A DNA stretch of 42,821 nucleotides from Dehalococcoidia bacterium (GTDB taxonomy: Bacteria; Chloroflexota; Dehalococcoidia; Lucifugimonadales; SHYF01), in assembly GCA_030651175.1 (NCBI GenBank), contig JAUSCR010000015.1:1-42821 (forward strand). Direction: 5' to 3'. The notes below the pieces were generated by a model. That model saw only the letters and a program-made list of their open reading frames with translations. It made no database searches and was not told the DNA's origin. Positions 1 to 8,831 of this stretch are shown piece after piece. A program made the translations under genes and the position numbers. Within the stretch, counting starts at the first letter, position 1; every line of letters begins with the position of its first letter.

Positions 1-92
1 ATCTTGTGGCTGCTGTAATCCACTACCTGGTACGGCTCGCCGTCCATCTCTATAGTCATGCCTTTATGCAGGTCTCCAAAACTTACGACCAC
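1..92 (-). CDS. efp: elongation factor P, N-terminal 30 codons only (gene runs off the window start)
   Basis: Not in the ORF track because it is truncated. A minus-strand GTG at 90-92, 2 nt after the pepP stop, reads VVVSFGDLHKGMTIEMDGEPYQVVDYSSHK. This matches the conserved EF-P N-terminus (G..IE.DGEPY.VV). The aroQ-pepP-efp order is as in Bacillus. Confidence 0.7.
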   Translation of the reverse strand, partial: MVVSFGDLHKGMTIEMDGEPYQVVDYSSHK

Positions 93-94
93 GT

Positions 95-1198
95 TCAGCC
101 TCCCACTTGATCTCGCTTGATTGCTTTGCTAAGCACCCGAGCGCCGCTCTTTTCCAGCACCACCACGTCCTCTATTCGCACACCGCCCCATCCGCTGAGG
201 TAGATGCCAGGCTCGATGGTGAACGCCATTCCCTCTTGCAAAACGCCCTGGCTGTTTGGGCCAACCCGTGGAAATTCATGTACCGCCAGGCCAACGCCGT
301 GGCCCAGGCTGTGCCCGAACTGCTCCCCGTGGCCTGCGACCTCTATCACCTTGCGGGCCAGGCCATCTGCCTGACCGCCGGTCATGCCCGCCTGTACTGT
401 GGCGATGGCGGTGAGCTGCGCCCCCAGGACTGTATCGTATACGCGACGAAATGTATCGTCGGGCGCGCCTATGATAATGGTGCGGGTCAGGTCGCTACAG
501 TACCCCTGATATTTGGCTCCCATGTCAATGACTATGGGTTCGCCTTGCCGGATCACTGTGTCGCCGGCCCGGTGGTGGGGCAAGGCACCGTTAGGCCCGG
601 CCGCCACTATGGTATCAAAGGATGGCCCCTCCGCACCCAGCTCCCGCATGGCCACCTCCAGTCGCCACGCCACTTCAGCCTCCGTCTGCCCCGGCCTGAT
701 GGTGGGCGCTACGGCGTTCATGGCTCCATCGGAGATGTCAATGGCGCGCTGAAGGAGTTGCATCTCTGCCAAGTCCTTGTATGCGCGCAACTCGTCCACT
801 ATATCTGACGTTGCCACTAGCCTTGGTTTGCCAGCGCCCGTCCCGTCGGACTCCTTCAGCGCTTGCGCCAGCCGCTTGTGCAAGGCTACGCTCACGTCTT
901 CGCTCTCGAAACCGACTCTTCTGACACCTGTTTCCGACAATAGTTGTAGGAACCAGCCGTTTCCCGCTCCCATGCGCACCACGCGGAACTCAGGCGACTG
1001 AATTCCAGCCTGCTCCACGTACCGGAAGTCGGTAGCCAGCAGGGCGTCCGCCTGGGTGACAAGCAGGTATCCGGCAGAGCCAGTGAACCCCGACAGGTAG
1101 CGGCGGTTCTCCGGTGAGGACACAAGCAAGCCGCCGAGCCTCTTCTCCTTCAAGGCGGCGCGGAGGGCTTGCAGGCGTGGCAGGATGTTACTTTCCAC
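95..1198 (-). CDS. pepP: Xaa-Pro aminopeptidase, M24B metallopeptidase
   Basis: 367 aa. It has a creatinase-like N-domain plus M24 metal-ligand motifs (IDMGAKYQGYCSDLTRT, HSLGHGVGLAVHEFP, GGVRIEDVVV). Confidence 0.9.
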   Translation of the reverse strand: MESNILPRLQALRAALKEKRLGGLLVSSPENRRYLSGFTGSAGYLLVTQADALLATDFRYVEQAGIQSPEFRVVRMGAGNGWFLQLLSETGVRRVGFESEDVSVALHKRLAQALKESDGTGAGKPRLVATSDIVDELRAYKDLAEMQLLQRAIDISDGAMNAVAPTIRPGQTEAEVAWRLEVAMRELGAEGPSFDTIVAAGPNGALPHHRAGDTVIRQGEPIVIDMGAKYQGYCSDLTRTIIIGAPDDTFRRVYDTVLGAQLTAIATVQAGMTGGQADGLARKVIEVAGHGEQFGHSLGHGVGLAVHEFPRVGPNSQGVLQEGMAFTIEPGIYLSGWGGVRIEDVVVLEKSGARVLSKAIKRDQVGG

Positions 1199-1631
1199 CC
1201 TGTCTCCTTTCCTCCACCAGATACTCCAACGCGGCCACGTACCCGTACCACCCCAGGCCGGAGACCTGCCCTCTGACCACTCCTGCTATCACTGAGCGAC
1301 GCCGGAATGGCTCACGGGCGTATATGTTGGACAGGTGTACCTCAACCACGGGCACAGCCAGATCGGCCAGGGCGTCGCGCAGGGCCAGGCTGTAGTGGGT
1401 CAATGCGCCGGGGTTGATTATCACTCCCTGGGAGGACGGCCCCTGCTGCTGAAGGTGGTCAATGATTGCTCCTTCGCTGTTGGACTGGAAGAAGGCGACA
1501 TCCACTTTTAGCTTCCGCGCCTGCTCCGCTATCTTCCCTTCGATCTGCTGGAGCGTGAGGCTGCCGTATATTGTCGGGTCGCGGTGTCCCAGGGCGTTGA
1601 GGTTAGGGCCATTCACTACCAGATACGTCAT
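1188..1631 (-). CDS. aroQ: type II 3-dehydroquinate dehydratase
   Basis: 147 aa. It carries the signature VVNGPNLNALGHRDPTIYG and HLSNIYAREPFR. It overlaps pepP by 11 nt. Confidence 0.93.
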   Translation of the reverse strand: MTYLVVNGPNLNALGHRDPTIYGSLTLQQIEGKIAEQARKLKVDVAFFQSNSEGAIIDHLQQQGPSSQGVIINPGALTHYSLALRDALADLAVPVVEVHLSNIYAREPFRRRSVIAGVVRGQVSGLGWYGYVAALEYLVEERRQGGK

Positions 1632-2674
1632 TTTTCACCCTCATCCTGGGTCGCTCGCGGATGAGCGGCCAGGTAGACTTTCCTGGATTGAGCCGGGCTT
1701 ACATGGGTATATATCTGAGTTGTGGTAGGGCTGGCGTGACCCAGCAGCTCCTGCACCACCCGTATGTCAGCGCCGCCGTCCAGCAGGTGGGTGGCAAATG
1801 AGTGGCGTAGCGTGTGGGTATGCACGCCGTGAACCAGACCCGCGCGTATGGCGTACCGCTGGACAAGCAGTTCCACGCTGCGCTTGGAAAGGCGACCACC
1901 GTCGCGGTTGAGGAAAAGCGCCTGCGTGGGCCGTGACGAGGCCAGCCGCGGGCGTCCTACATCCAGATATTGCCGCAGTGCCTCAGCCGATGGGCGGCCC
2001 ACAGGCACGGAGCGCTCCTTGTTGCCCTTGCCCATCACCCGGACGGTGCGGCTCACCAGGTCCATGTCGTGCAAGTCCAACCCTTCCACCTCCGAAAGGC
2101 GCAGGCCTGATCCGTACAGCAGCTCCAATAGGGCGGCGTCCCTCAGCAGCAATGGTTCGGCTCGCGTCTCTGAAGGCGAGCTCTGAGGCTGCTCCATCAA
2201 GGCCTTGGCTTCCTGGTGGTACAGTACCTGGGGCAAGCGCTGACCTCGTTTGGGCAGTAGTCCGCGCATGGTTGTGGAGCCACGGGTCCACAGTGGAGCC
2301 GCCGGCATAGCACCTCGACCTATGAGAAAGCGAAAGAACGACCTCAAGCTGGCCAGGTTCCTGACAGCGCTGGCTCTGGCATGACCTTGGGTCTGGTTCC
2401 GCTTGCCTGGGTTCGTGCTGCGCGCACTCATGAGCCAGTTCATGTAGCTCAATATCAGTCGCCGGTATTCCTGGGGAACCGCTTGCTCTCCGTTCCTCAG
2501 CAGGAACTCCTTGACCTTCACCAAGTCGTCATCCGGGCCAATGCCTTCGTTGCTCAGGTACTCCCAAAAGGGCTTCAGGTCATCCAGATAGTTGCGCACC
2601 GTGGCGGGCGCAAGGCCGCGCTCTCCCTGAAGGTGCCGCTGGTACTCTTGCAGCAAGGGTTCCATCTTAGACAA
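1628..2674 (-). CDS. xerC: tyrosine site-specific recombinase, XerC/XerD type
   Basis: 348 aa with an N-terminal SAM-like core-binding domain. The catalytic region has GLRLSE, LRHSFATHLL and LGHASPTTTQIYTHV (R..HxxR..Y). It sits directly downstream of topA with an 8-nt overlap. C versus D assignment is uncertain. Confidence 0.85.
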   Translation of the reverse strand: MSKMEPLLQEYQRHLQGERGLAPATVRNYLDDLKPFWEYLSNEGIGPDDDLVKVKEFLLRNGEQAVPQEYRRLILSYMNWLMSARSTNPGKRNQTQGHARASAVRNLASLRSFFRFLIGRGAMPAAPLWTRGSTTMRGLLPKRGQRLPQVLYHQEAKALMEQPQSSPSETRAEPLLLRDAALLELLYGSGLRLSEVEGLDLHDMDLVSRTVRVMGKGNKERSVPVGRPSAEALRQYLDVGRPRLASSRPTQALFLNRDGGRLSKRSVELLVQRYAIRAGLVHGVHTHTLRHSFATHLLDGGADIRVVQELLGHASPTTTQIYTHVSPAQSRKVYLAAHPRATQDEGEK

Positions 2675-4820
2675 CTGCCTCCGCCAGCTCCCGCTCGGGG
2701 ACAGGGCCTAGATACTTGCAGGTCGCGCAGCGCGCTCTCTCCTTACCAGCGGCCACCAGCAGCCCTCCGCACTCTGGACAAGGCTCCGGCAGGGGACGCT
2801 GGCTCACCGTGAACTTGCATTCAGGGTAGGTGGCGCAGCCGTAGAAGGCGCGGCCTTTGCCACGCCGCTCCACCAGCTCGCCGGAGTTGCATTCGGGACA
2901 GGCAACGCCCGTTTTCTTCAGCAGCGACTTCTTTCCCCGGCAGTCCGGAAATCCCGTGCAAGCCAGGAATCTTCCAAACCGGGAGGTCTTGATAACCATG
3001 GGTTTGCCGCAAATGTCGCACACCTCGTCCGATGCCTCCTCCACTTTCATTCGCGGCATCTCTTCAGTGGCGGTGGCCAGCGCCTTCTGGAAAGGACCGT
3101 AAAACTCTTGTAGCACAGGGACCCATTTCTTCTCGCCACTGGCTATTTCGTCCAGGTTCTCCTCCATGGCAGAGGTGAACCCTGCGTCAATGATGCTGGG
3201 GAAATGATTGATTAGCTGATCGCAGACTACTTTGCCCAGTTGCGTGGGCTTGAACCTCAACTGCTCCTTCACCACGTAGTTGCGGTCCACGTTGATGGAC
3301 AGTATAGGGGCGTAGGTGCTGGGCCGCCCTATGCCGTTTTCCTCCAGGGTGCGGATCAGCGTGGCCTCCGTGTAGCGGGGCGGTGGTTGGGTGAAGTGCT
3401 GCTCCGGCTCCAGGCCCAGGCAGCGCAATGCGTTCCCTTGGGCCACCTCCGGCAAGGCGTTGGGTGCATCGGCATCCTGCGTCTCATCGCGGCCCTCCAT
3501 GTACAGGGCGCGAAAGCCAGGGAACTTCAGAACGGAGCCTGTGGCCCGGAACACGTAGGTGTGCCCCTGGGTGTGCGGCCCCTGGGCATGAATGTCCACG
3601 CGCGTGGCATCCGAGACGGCGTCGGTCATCTGGCTGGCCACCATTCGTTTCCATATCAGGTCATACAGCCTGAACTGGTCAGCGGAGAGGTGTCGCCTAA
3701 TAGACTCCGGCTCCCGCAGTGTGGATGTAGGCCGGATAGCTTCGTGCGCCTCCTGAGCGCCCTTGGCCTTCTTGGTGTAAATGTGTGGCGTCTTGGGCGC
3801 ATACTCCGCGCCGAACCGATCCCGCACGTAAGCCAGTGTCTCTCGCAGAGCGGATGCGTCCACGTGAGTGGAGTCTGTACGCATGTAGGTGATAAGCCCC
3901 ACCGGTTCCTCAGGGCCCAGGGAAAGCCCTTCGTAAAGCTGCTGGGCTATGCTCATTGTCTTCCTGGCGGGGAAACGCAGCTTGCGCGATGCCTCCTGCT
4001 GAAGGGTGCTGGTTGTGAATGGAGCGGCAGGGCGCTGCCTAACCTCCTTCGTCTGCACCTCCGCCACGGCGTAGGAAGCGCCTTCCATGGCGGCGGTTAC
4101 CTCCCCAGCCGCCTTCGCCGAGCCCAGGTCCAGGGCTTTCTTCCGTCCCAGGAGTTGGTGGAGAGTCGCGGTAAAGCTGGTCTGCCTGGCATCTGCCCGG
4201 GAAGGCTGATGGCGTTCCAGGACAGCTTTGATGGTCCAATACTCTTGAGCGATGAATGCCTCTATCTCCCGCTCCCTGTCCACCACAAGCCGCAGGGCCA
4301 CCGACTGCACGCGCCCGGCGGAAAGGCCCATGCGCCGCCCGCCGCTGATCTTGCTCCAGAGGAGTGGGCTAAGGGTGTACCCCACCACGCGGTCAAGGAT
4401 GCGGCGCGCCTGTTGAGCGTTCACCAGGTTCATATCTATGTCCCGGGGGTGGCGGAATGCCTCCTGGATGGCGGCCTGGGTGATCTCGTGGAAGACAACC
4501 CGATGGATGGGGCGTTTCGCCCAACCGGCCGCTTCGACCAGGTGCCAGGATATGGCCTCGCCCTCCCGGTCTGGGTCTGTGGCCAGGTAGATGGCGTCGG
4601 CGCCCTTGGACGCCCTCTTTAGCTCCTGGACTATCTTGACCTTGTCCTCCATGACCTGGTAGTCCGGCGTGAAGCCGTTATCAATCTCCACGCTCATCTT
4701 GTTTCCAGGCAGGTCCCGCACATGGCCCAGGGATGCCTTGACTACATAGTCGTCCCCAAGGAAACGGCCAACTGTCCTGGCCTTCGCCGGCGATTCAACT
4801 ACTACTAGGTTCTTTGCCAT
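2667..4820 (-). CDS. topA: DNA topoisomerase I (type IA) with three C-terminal Zn-ribbon modules
   Basis: 717 aa. It has the TOPRIM motifs VVVESPAKARTV and DPDREGEAISWH, and the active-site region GLITYMRTDS. There are three CxxC...CxxC ribbons at the C-terminus. Confidence 0.97.
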   Translation of the reverse strand: MAKNLVVVESPAKARTVGRFLGDDYVVKASLGHVRDLPGNKMSVEIDNGFTPDYQVMEDKVKIVQELKRASKGADAIYLATDPDREGEAISWHLVEAAGWAKRPIHRVVFHEITQAAIQEAFRHPRDIDMNLVNAQQARRILDRVVGYTLSPLLWSKISGGRRMGLSAGRVQSVALRLVVDREREIEAFIAQEYWTIKAVLERHQPSRADARQTSFTATLHQLLGRKKALDLGSAKAAGEVTAAMEGASYAVAEVQTKEVRQRPAAPFTTSTLQQEASRKLRFPARKTMSIAQQLYEGLSLGPEEPVGLITYMRTDSTHVDASALRETLAYVRDRFGAEYAPKTPHIYTKKAKGAQEAHEAIRPTSTLREPESIRRHLSADQFRLYDLIWKRMVASQMTDAVSDATRVDIHAQGPHTQGHTYVFRATGSVLKFPGFRALYMEGRDETQDADAPNALPEVAQGNALRCLGLEPEQHFTQPPPRYTEATLIRTLEENGIGRPSTYAPILSINVDRNYVVKEQLRFKPTQLGKVVCDQLINHFPSIIDAGFTSAMEENLDEIASGEKKWVPVLQEFYGPFQKALATATEEMPRMKVEEASDEVCDICGKPMVIKTSRFGRFLACTGFPDCRGKKSLLKKTGVACPECNSGELVERRGKGRAFYGCATYPECKFTVSQRPLPEPCPECGGLLVAAGKERARCATCKYLGPVPERELAEAVV

Positions 4821-5000
4821 ATCTTCCTATTCATAAAAAGTCATTCTGAACGAAGTGAAGAATCTGGGGTGGGGTATCGTCTCATATTTGGCTGACGACC
4901 CATACTATCCTATGCATACCTTACTACCCAATTCACTGTTGGATTCCATTATGCAACTTCGCCAAGTTGTCCAACCATATACACTTATTCAGGCTGAGTT

Positions 5001-6176
5001 CTATCCGATTGCTCCATACGTGGCCGCCACTTCACGAGTGCGAATGTAGCTCATGCCGCCCACCTGTTTCACCAGCCCTCTAAGCTCCATCATTGCAAGA
5101 GTACCGCTTACCGTCGCCATAGGCAACCCACAGCGGCGGCCTACCTCGTCAATATGAAGCGGTTCGTAGGTAAGTGTGCCCAGGAGTTTGGCCTCGGTGT
5201 CGTCGGCTGGAGTGAACAGCGCGGCCAGCGGAAGCTGCTCTCCAACACCAGCCATGTTGAGTTCCTCCAGCACGTCTTTGTAAGACAATACCAGTTTTGC
5301 CCCTTCCTGGATGAGCTCGTTCGTTCCCAGGCTGTTGGGTGAGAATATGCTGCCGGGGACGCAAAACACCTCTCGATTCTGCTCCAGGGCATGGCGCACG
5401 GTCCAGATGGCCCCGCTGTCCTCGGGCGCCTCGATTACAAGGGTGCCCAGGGTCATGCCGCTTATGATCCTGTTGCGCCGGGGGAAGTTCTTGGCCTCAG
5501 GGCGTGTGCCCAGGGGATGCTCGCTGACAATTGCGCCTCGCTCCGCAATCTGAGCAGCCAGACCCGCGTGCTCCGGCGGGTACGTGATGTCCAGGCCGTT
5601 GCCAAGCACGGCGATGGTGCGGCATCCCGCCTCCAACGCCGCCCGGTGGGCTATTGCGTCTATCCCCCTGGCCAGGCCGCTGATAATTGTTACGCCACTG
5701 CGGGCCAGGTCAGTTGATAGCTGGCTGGCGGCTTCCCTGCCGTATGCAGTGGGCCGCCGCGTGCCAACCACGGCTATAGACCTTTCGTCTTCTGGTAGCA
5801 GCGTGCCCTTGACATACAGCACAGGAGGAAGATCGTACACTTCCTTCAGCAAGCGTGGATATTCGGCGTCTTCCCAGGTGATGGCCTGCACGCCCAGCCG
5901 CTCCATTGCAGCCATTTCGGCGTCAGGGTCCAGTTTGCCGCGAGTGGCTGTGACGGCAGACACTGAACGGGTGTCCAGGCCAGCCGCTTTGAGTGCCCCT
6001 TCGGAGGCTTTCCACGCCTCTTCCAGCGAGCCAAAATGGCTCAACAGGAGTTGAATCCGCGCCCGGCCTACAGAGGGGACGCGGTTGAATGCAACCCAGT
6101 ATTTCCGCTCTTCGCTGGTCAATGGTCTATACAGGGCGTTATCTTTGGCTGAGGTCCTTTTGATGGGACGCAACAT
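5001..6176 (-). CDS. dprA: DNA-processing protein DprA/Smf
   Basis: 391 aa. It has an N-terminal SAM-like domain, a Rossmann-like core with GLARGIDAIAHRAAL and FPRRNRIISG, and a C-terminal winged-helix-like tail. Confidence 0.92.
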   Translation of the reverse strand: MLRPIKRTSAKDNALYRPLTSEERKYWVAFNRVPSVGRARIQLLLSHFGSLEEAWKASEGALKAAGLDTRSVSAVTATRGKLDPDAEMAAMERLGVQAITWEDAEYPRLLKEVYDLPPVLYVKGTLLPEDERSIAVVGTRRPTAYGREAASQLSTDLARSGVTIISGLARGIDAIAHRAALEAGCRTIAVLGNGLDITYPPEHAGLAAQIAERGAIVSEHPLGTRPEAKNFPRRNRIISGMTLGTLVIEAPEDSGAIWTVRHALEQNREVFCVPGSIFSPNSLGTNELIQEGAKLVLSYKDVLEELNMAGVGEQLPLAALFTPADDTEAKLLGTLTYEPLHIDEVGRRCGLPMATVSGTLAMMELRGLVKQVGGMSYIRTREVAATYGAIG

Positions 6177-6257
6177 TCTAGCACTATCGCTAGGTTTCAG
6201 GCGCGCCCGAAAGCCGGAGCGCAGCGTAGGCTGTAGGGCGTAGCCTGAAAACCCTTG

Positions 6258-6866
6258 TTAGGCAAGGGCTTTGCCAGCAGCTTTCTCAATAGCCTTGCTT
6301 AGCTCACCATAGTATACTGCTCCGCCGCAGAGCTGCTCCAACGAATTTAAGGTGATTGAATGCTGACTGCGCGTTCTCGCGTCTAACATGGTTGTGGGTA
6401 GCACATAGAACTGCCACTGGTTGATGTTCAATGGATCAATGGTGCTCTTGTCCACATGCGCGAGTAGGGCAAAGACATAGACGTCCGCCTGCCGCTGCGC
6501 CTCGCGGGACTGAGTATTGGTTGCAGCGTCCCATGCTCGCGTCTTTGGCACGACAAACATGATGGCGGAGCGTTTCGCTTGATACCAGCTCTGCACGTAT
6601 GCCGCAGACTTCACCTCGATTTTGATCCCAGAAGGCGTTCGGAGATCAAAGGCCGCCCATTCCTCCCGCACGTTGTCCGTGGCTAATCCCAAGGCACATG
6701 CCACCACATACTCCGCAAGTCGCCCGCGCGTGACGTTGCTTACCAAATCGGAGGCGGCCCACTGCCAAAAGCTCAAGAGGTCGAAACCGAGATCCTGGCC
6801 GTTGACGTGGAACGGCTCTTTTCCTGTCTTGCGCATAACGGGTAAGGGCCCGAGAGCTTCTACCAT
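6258..6866 (-). CDS. hypothetical protein with a PD-(D/E)xK nuclease-like signature
   Basis: 202 aa clean ORF. The motif order is E (RLAEYVV helix), D74 (AAFDL) and E84-x-K86 (IKIEVKS). Local GC is about 50% by hand count of three 60-nt lines, against about 60% in neighbouring genes. Confidence 0.55.
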   Translation of the reverse strand: MVEALGPLPVMRKTGKEPFHVNGQDLGFDLLSFWQWAASDLVSNVTRGRLAEYVVACALGLATDNVREEWAAFDLRTPSGIKIEVKSAAYVQSWYQAKRSAIMFVVPKTRAWDAATNTQSREAQRQADVYVFALLAHVDKSTIDPLNINQWQFYVLPTTMLDARTRSQHSITLNSLEQLCGGAVYYGELSKAIEKAAGKALA

Positions 6867-6939
6867 ATCTTGATTTCCTGCTGCCTATCCAACGATATGA
6901 CGACACTGGCAGTGTGCGTATTGCGGCGGGGCAGTTTGT

Positions 6940-7031
<92 letters not shown>

Positions 7032-7095
7032 ACGAAAGGGGCCACCTGCTCTCCTGCATACTGCCGAATGACCAAGGCAGCACAGCCCTCAGCCC

Positions 7096-7184
7096 TGGCG
7101 GAGAGGGTGGGATTCGAACCCACGATCCCCAAAGGGGATACCGCTTTTCGAGAGCGGCGCCTTCAACCACTCGGCCACCTCTCC
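7096..7184 (-). tRNA. tRNA-Ser (anticodon CGA), CCA encoded
   Basis: 89-nt class II tRNA. The acceptor and T-arm are the same as in the neighbouring tRNA-Ser. The anticodon stem-loop is CCGCT-CTCGAAA-AGCGG and the variable arm is a hairpin, CCCC-TTT-GGGG. Confidence 0.92.
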
Positions 7185-7353
7185 TCTTCGCCGCCCATTA
7201 TAGCATGGGGTAGTCGTTGCCAAGTTCTTCCGAGTATGTGCCAGGGTTCTAGAGTTCACCCCGCATGGCCTCCGAGAATCGTCGTCATGTCGGCAAGCCA
7301 CGCCATAACCTTTCAGGGAGTTGAAGGCAGGTATCCAGCAAAGTCGCCTTACC

Positions 7354-7383
7354 TTGACGCTCGTTGATTGAATCTTGTAGGAT
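7354..7383 (+). promoter_or_regulatory. possible sigma70-like promoter upstream of glmU
   Basis: TTGACG (7354-7359), an 18-nt spacer, then TAGGAT (7378-7383). It lies about 40 nt upstream of the glmU ATG. This is a by-eye match only. Confidence 0.25.
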
Positions 7384-7420
7384 AGCTTTGGGCGTTATAT
7401 CTGTATGAGGCCGCAAGTTT

Positions 7421-8785
7421 ATGGATGACCTGGCAGCAGTGATCCTGGCAGCGGGCAGGGGCACGCGGATGAGGTCCAGTCTCCCCAAAGTCCTGCACAC
7501 TGTGTGCGGCAAGCCGATGGTTAGCCATGTGGTAGATGCCGTGCGCGCTGTACACTCTGGCCGCCTGGTGGTGGTGGCGTCGCCAGAGAGCGATGCCTTG
7601 CGCCAGTGCGCGGGAGATTCGGCGGAGTTCGTGGTGCAGGCACAGCCCAGAGGCACGGCAGACGCCCTCCTACAGGCCGAAAACTTGCTGCGAGATAGGG
7701 CCGCACAGGTCATGGTGCTCTGCGGAGATACACCCTTGATCCTGTCCTCCTCTCTTTCCCGGCTGCTGGAGCGGCACCAGGCCACCGGCGCAACCGTTAC
7801 CCTGCTCACCTCGGACAGCGTCCCTCCAGAAGGCCTGGGGCGCATCGTGCGCGACGGATCTGGGCGCGTTGTTGACGTGGTGGAGGATGCGGATGCTGGC
7901 GAAAGGGAGAGTGCCATTGCCGAGGTCAACGCAGGAGTCTATCTATTCCGGGCAGAGTGGCTCTGGCCGGCGCTGCGGGAACTGTCCCCCTCCGCTACGG
8001 GTGAATACTATCTGACCAATCTGATCAAGATGGCATCCGGCGCTGGCCTGGGCGTCGAAAGCGTAGGCTCGGAGGGCGCGCTGGAGATTCTGGGAGTCAA
8101 CACCCGCGTCCAACTGGCCCAGGCGGAGCAGGCTATGCGACAGCGGATCCTTACAAATTGGATGCTGGCAGGCGTGACCATAGTTGACCCGGCCACAACC
8201 TACATAGAAGCTGAAGTGACCGTGGGGCAGGACACCACGGTCTATCCCAATACCACCCTGGCGGGTAGAACGCGCGTGGGCGAGCGTTGCGCTCTTGGCC
8301 CTGGCTCCATGATTTACGACTCTGTTATAGGAGACGGCTGCAAAATCATAGCCTCCATGCTAGAAGGGGCACATCTGGATGCCTCCGTAGAAGTTGGCCC
8401 ATTCAGCCATCTGCGCCCCGGCACAGTAATCGAAGAAGAGGTGCATATCGGTAACTACGCCGAGGTAAAGAACAGCCGCGTGGGCCGCGGCACCAAGATG
8501 GGCCACTTCAGCTACGTGGGCGACGCCGACGTTGGTCATGATGTCAACATCGGCGCCGGAGCTATCACCTGCAACTTCGATGGTGTGAACAAGAACCGCA
8601 CCGTGATAGGGGATAACGCCTTCATAGGAAGCGACACCATGCTGGTGGCTCCTGTCCGTGTTGGGGCACGCTCGTCTACTGGTGCGGGGTCAGTAGTAAC
8701 GCGGGACGTTCCTCCGGACAGCCTTGTCGTGGGAGCGCCGGCCCGCGCGGTGCGGAAGAAAAGAGCGCCGGAGCAGACGGAGTAG
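7421..8785 (+). CDS. glmU: bifunctional UDP-N-acetylglucosamine pyrophosphorylase / glucosamine-1-phosphate N-acetyltransferase
   Basis: 454 aa. It has the N-terminal LAAGRGTRM nucleotidyltransferase motif and C-terminal left-handed beta-helix hexapeptide repeats. Confidence 0.93.
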   Translation: MDDLAAVILAAGRGTRMRSSLPKVLHTVCGKPMVSHVVDAVRAVHSGRLVVVASPESDALRQCAGDSAEFVVQAQPRGTADALLQAENLLRDRAAQVMVLCGDTPLILSSSLSRLLERHQATGATVTLLTSDSVPPEGLGRIVRDGSGRVVDVVEDADAGERESAIAEVNAGVYLFRAEWLWPALRELSPSATGEYYLTNLIKMASGAGLGVESVGSEGALEILGVNTRVQLAQAEQAMRQRILTNWMLAGVTIVDPATTYIEAEVTVGQDTTVYPNTTLAGRTRVGERCALGPGSMIYDSVIGDGCKIIASMLEGAHLDASVEVGPFSHLRPGTVIEEEVHIGNYAEVKNSRVGRGTKMGHFSYVGDADVGHDVNIGAGAITCNFDGVNKNRTVIGDNAFIGSDTMLVAPVRVGARSSTGAGSVVTRDVPPDSLVVGAPARAVRKKRAPEQTE

Positions 8786-8831
8786 GCGCTTGCTAATTTC
8801 AGGGATGTGCACCCCCTGAGCTTGGAAGGGA

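Noticed and set aside
3240-4622. Very long antisense ORFs opposite well-supported genes. Examples are 3240-4622(+), 7285-7929(-), 14412-15548(-), 34124-35164(-), 41408-42157(-), 9338-9904(-) and 12948-13601(+).
   Set aside because: Their products are Arg/Pro/Gly/Ala-rich with no motifs. Each lies fully inside a gene with clear family signatures on the other strand. These are the shadow ORFs expected at about 60% GC.
4840-4869. The motif gtcattctgaacgaagtgaagaatctgggg in the topA-dprA gap, which resembles half of a widespread palindromic intergenic repeat.
   Set aside because: There is a single copy in this window and no inverted partner nearby, so I cannot support a repeat-family call without a genome-wide search.
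6177-6257. An inverted repeat gtttcaggc...gcctgaaaac and cgtaggc-like triplets between the PD-(D/E)xK-like gene and dprA, considered as a terminator or regulatory RNA.
   Set aside because: The stem is short (8-9 bp) with a roughly 40-nt loop and no U-tract, and the inner pairing is poor. The evidence is insufficient.
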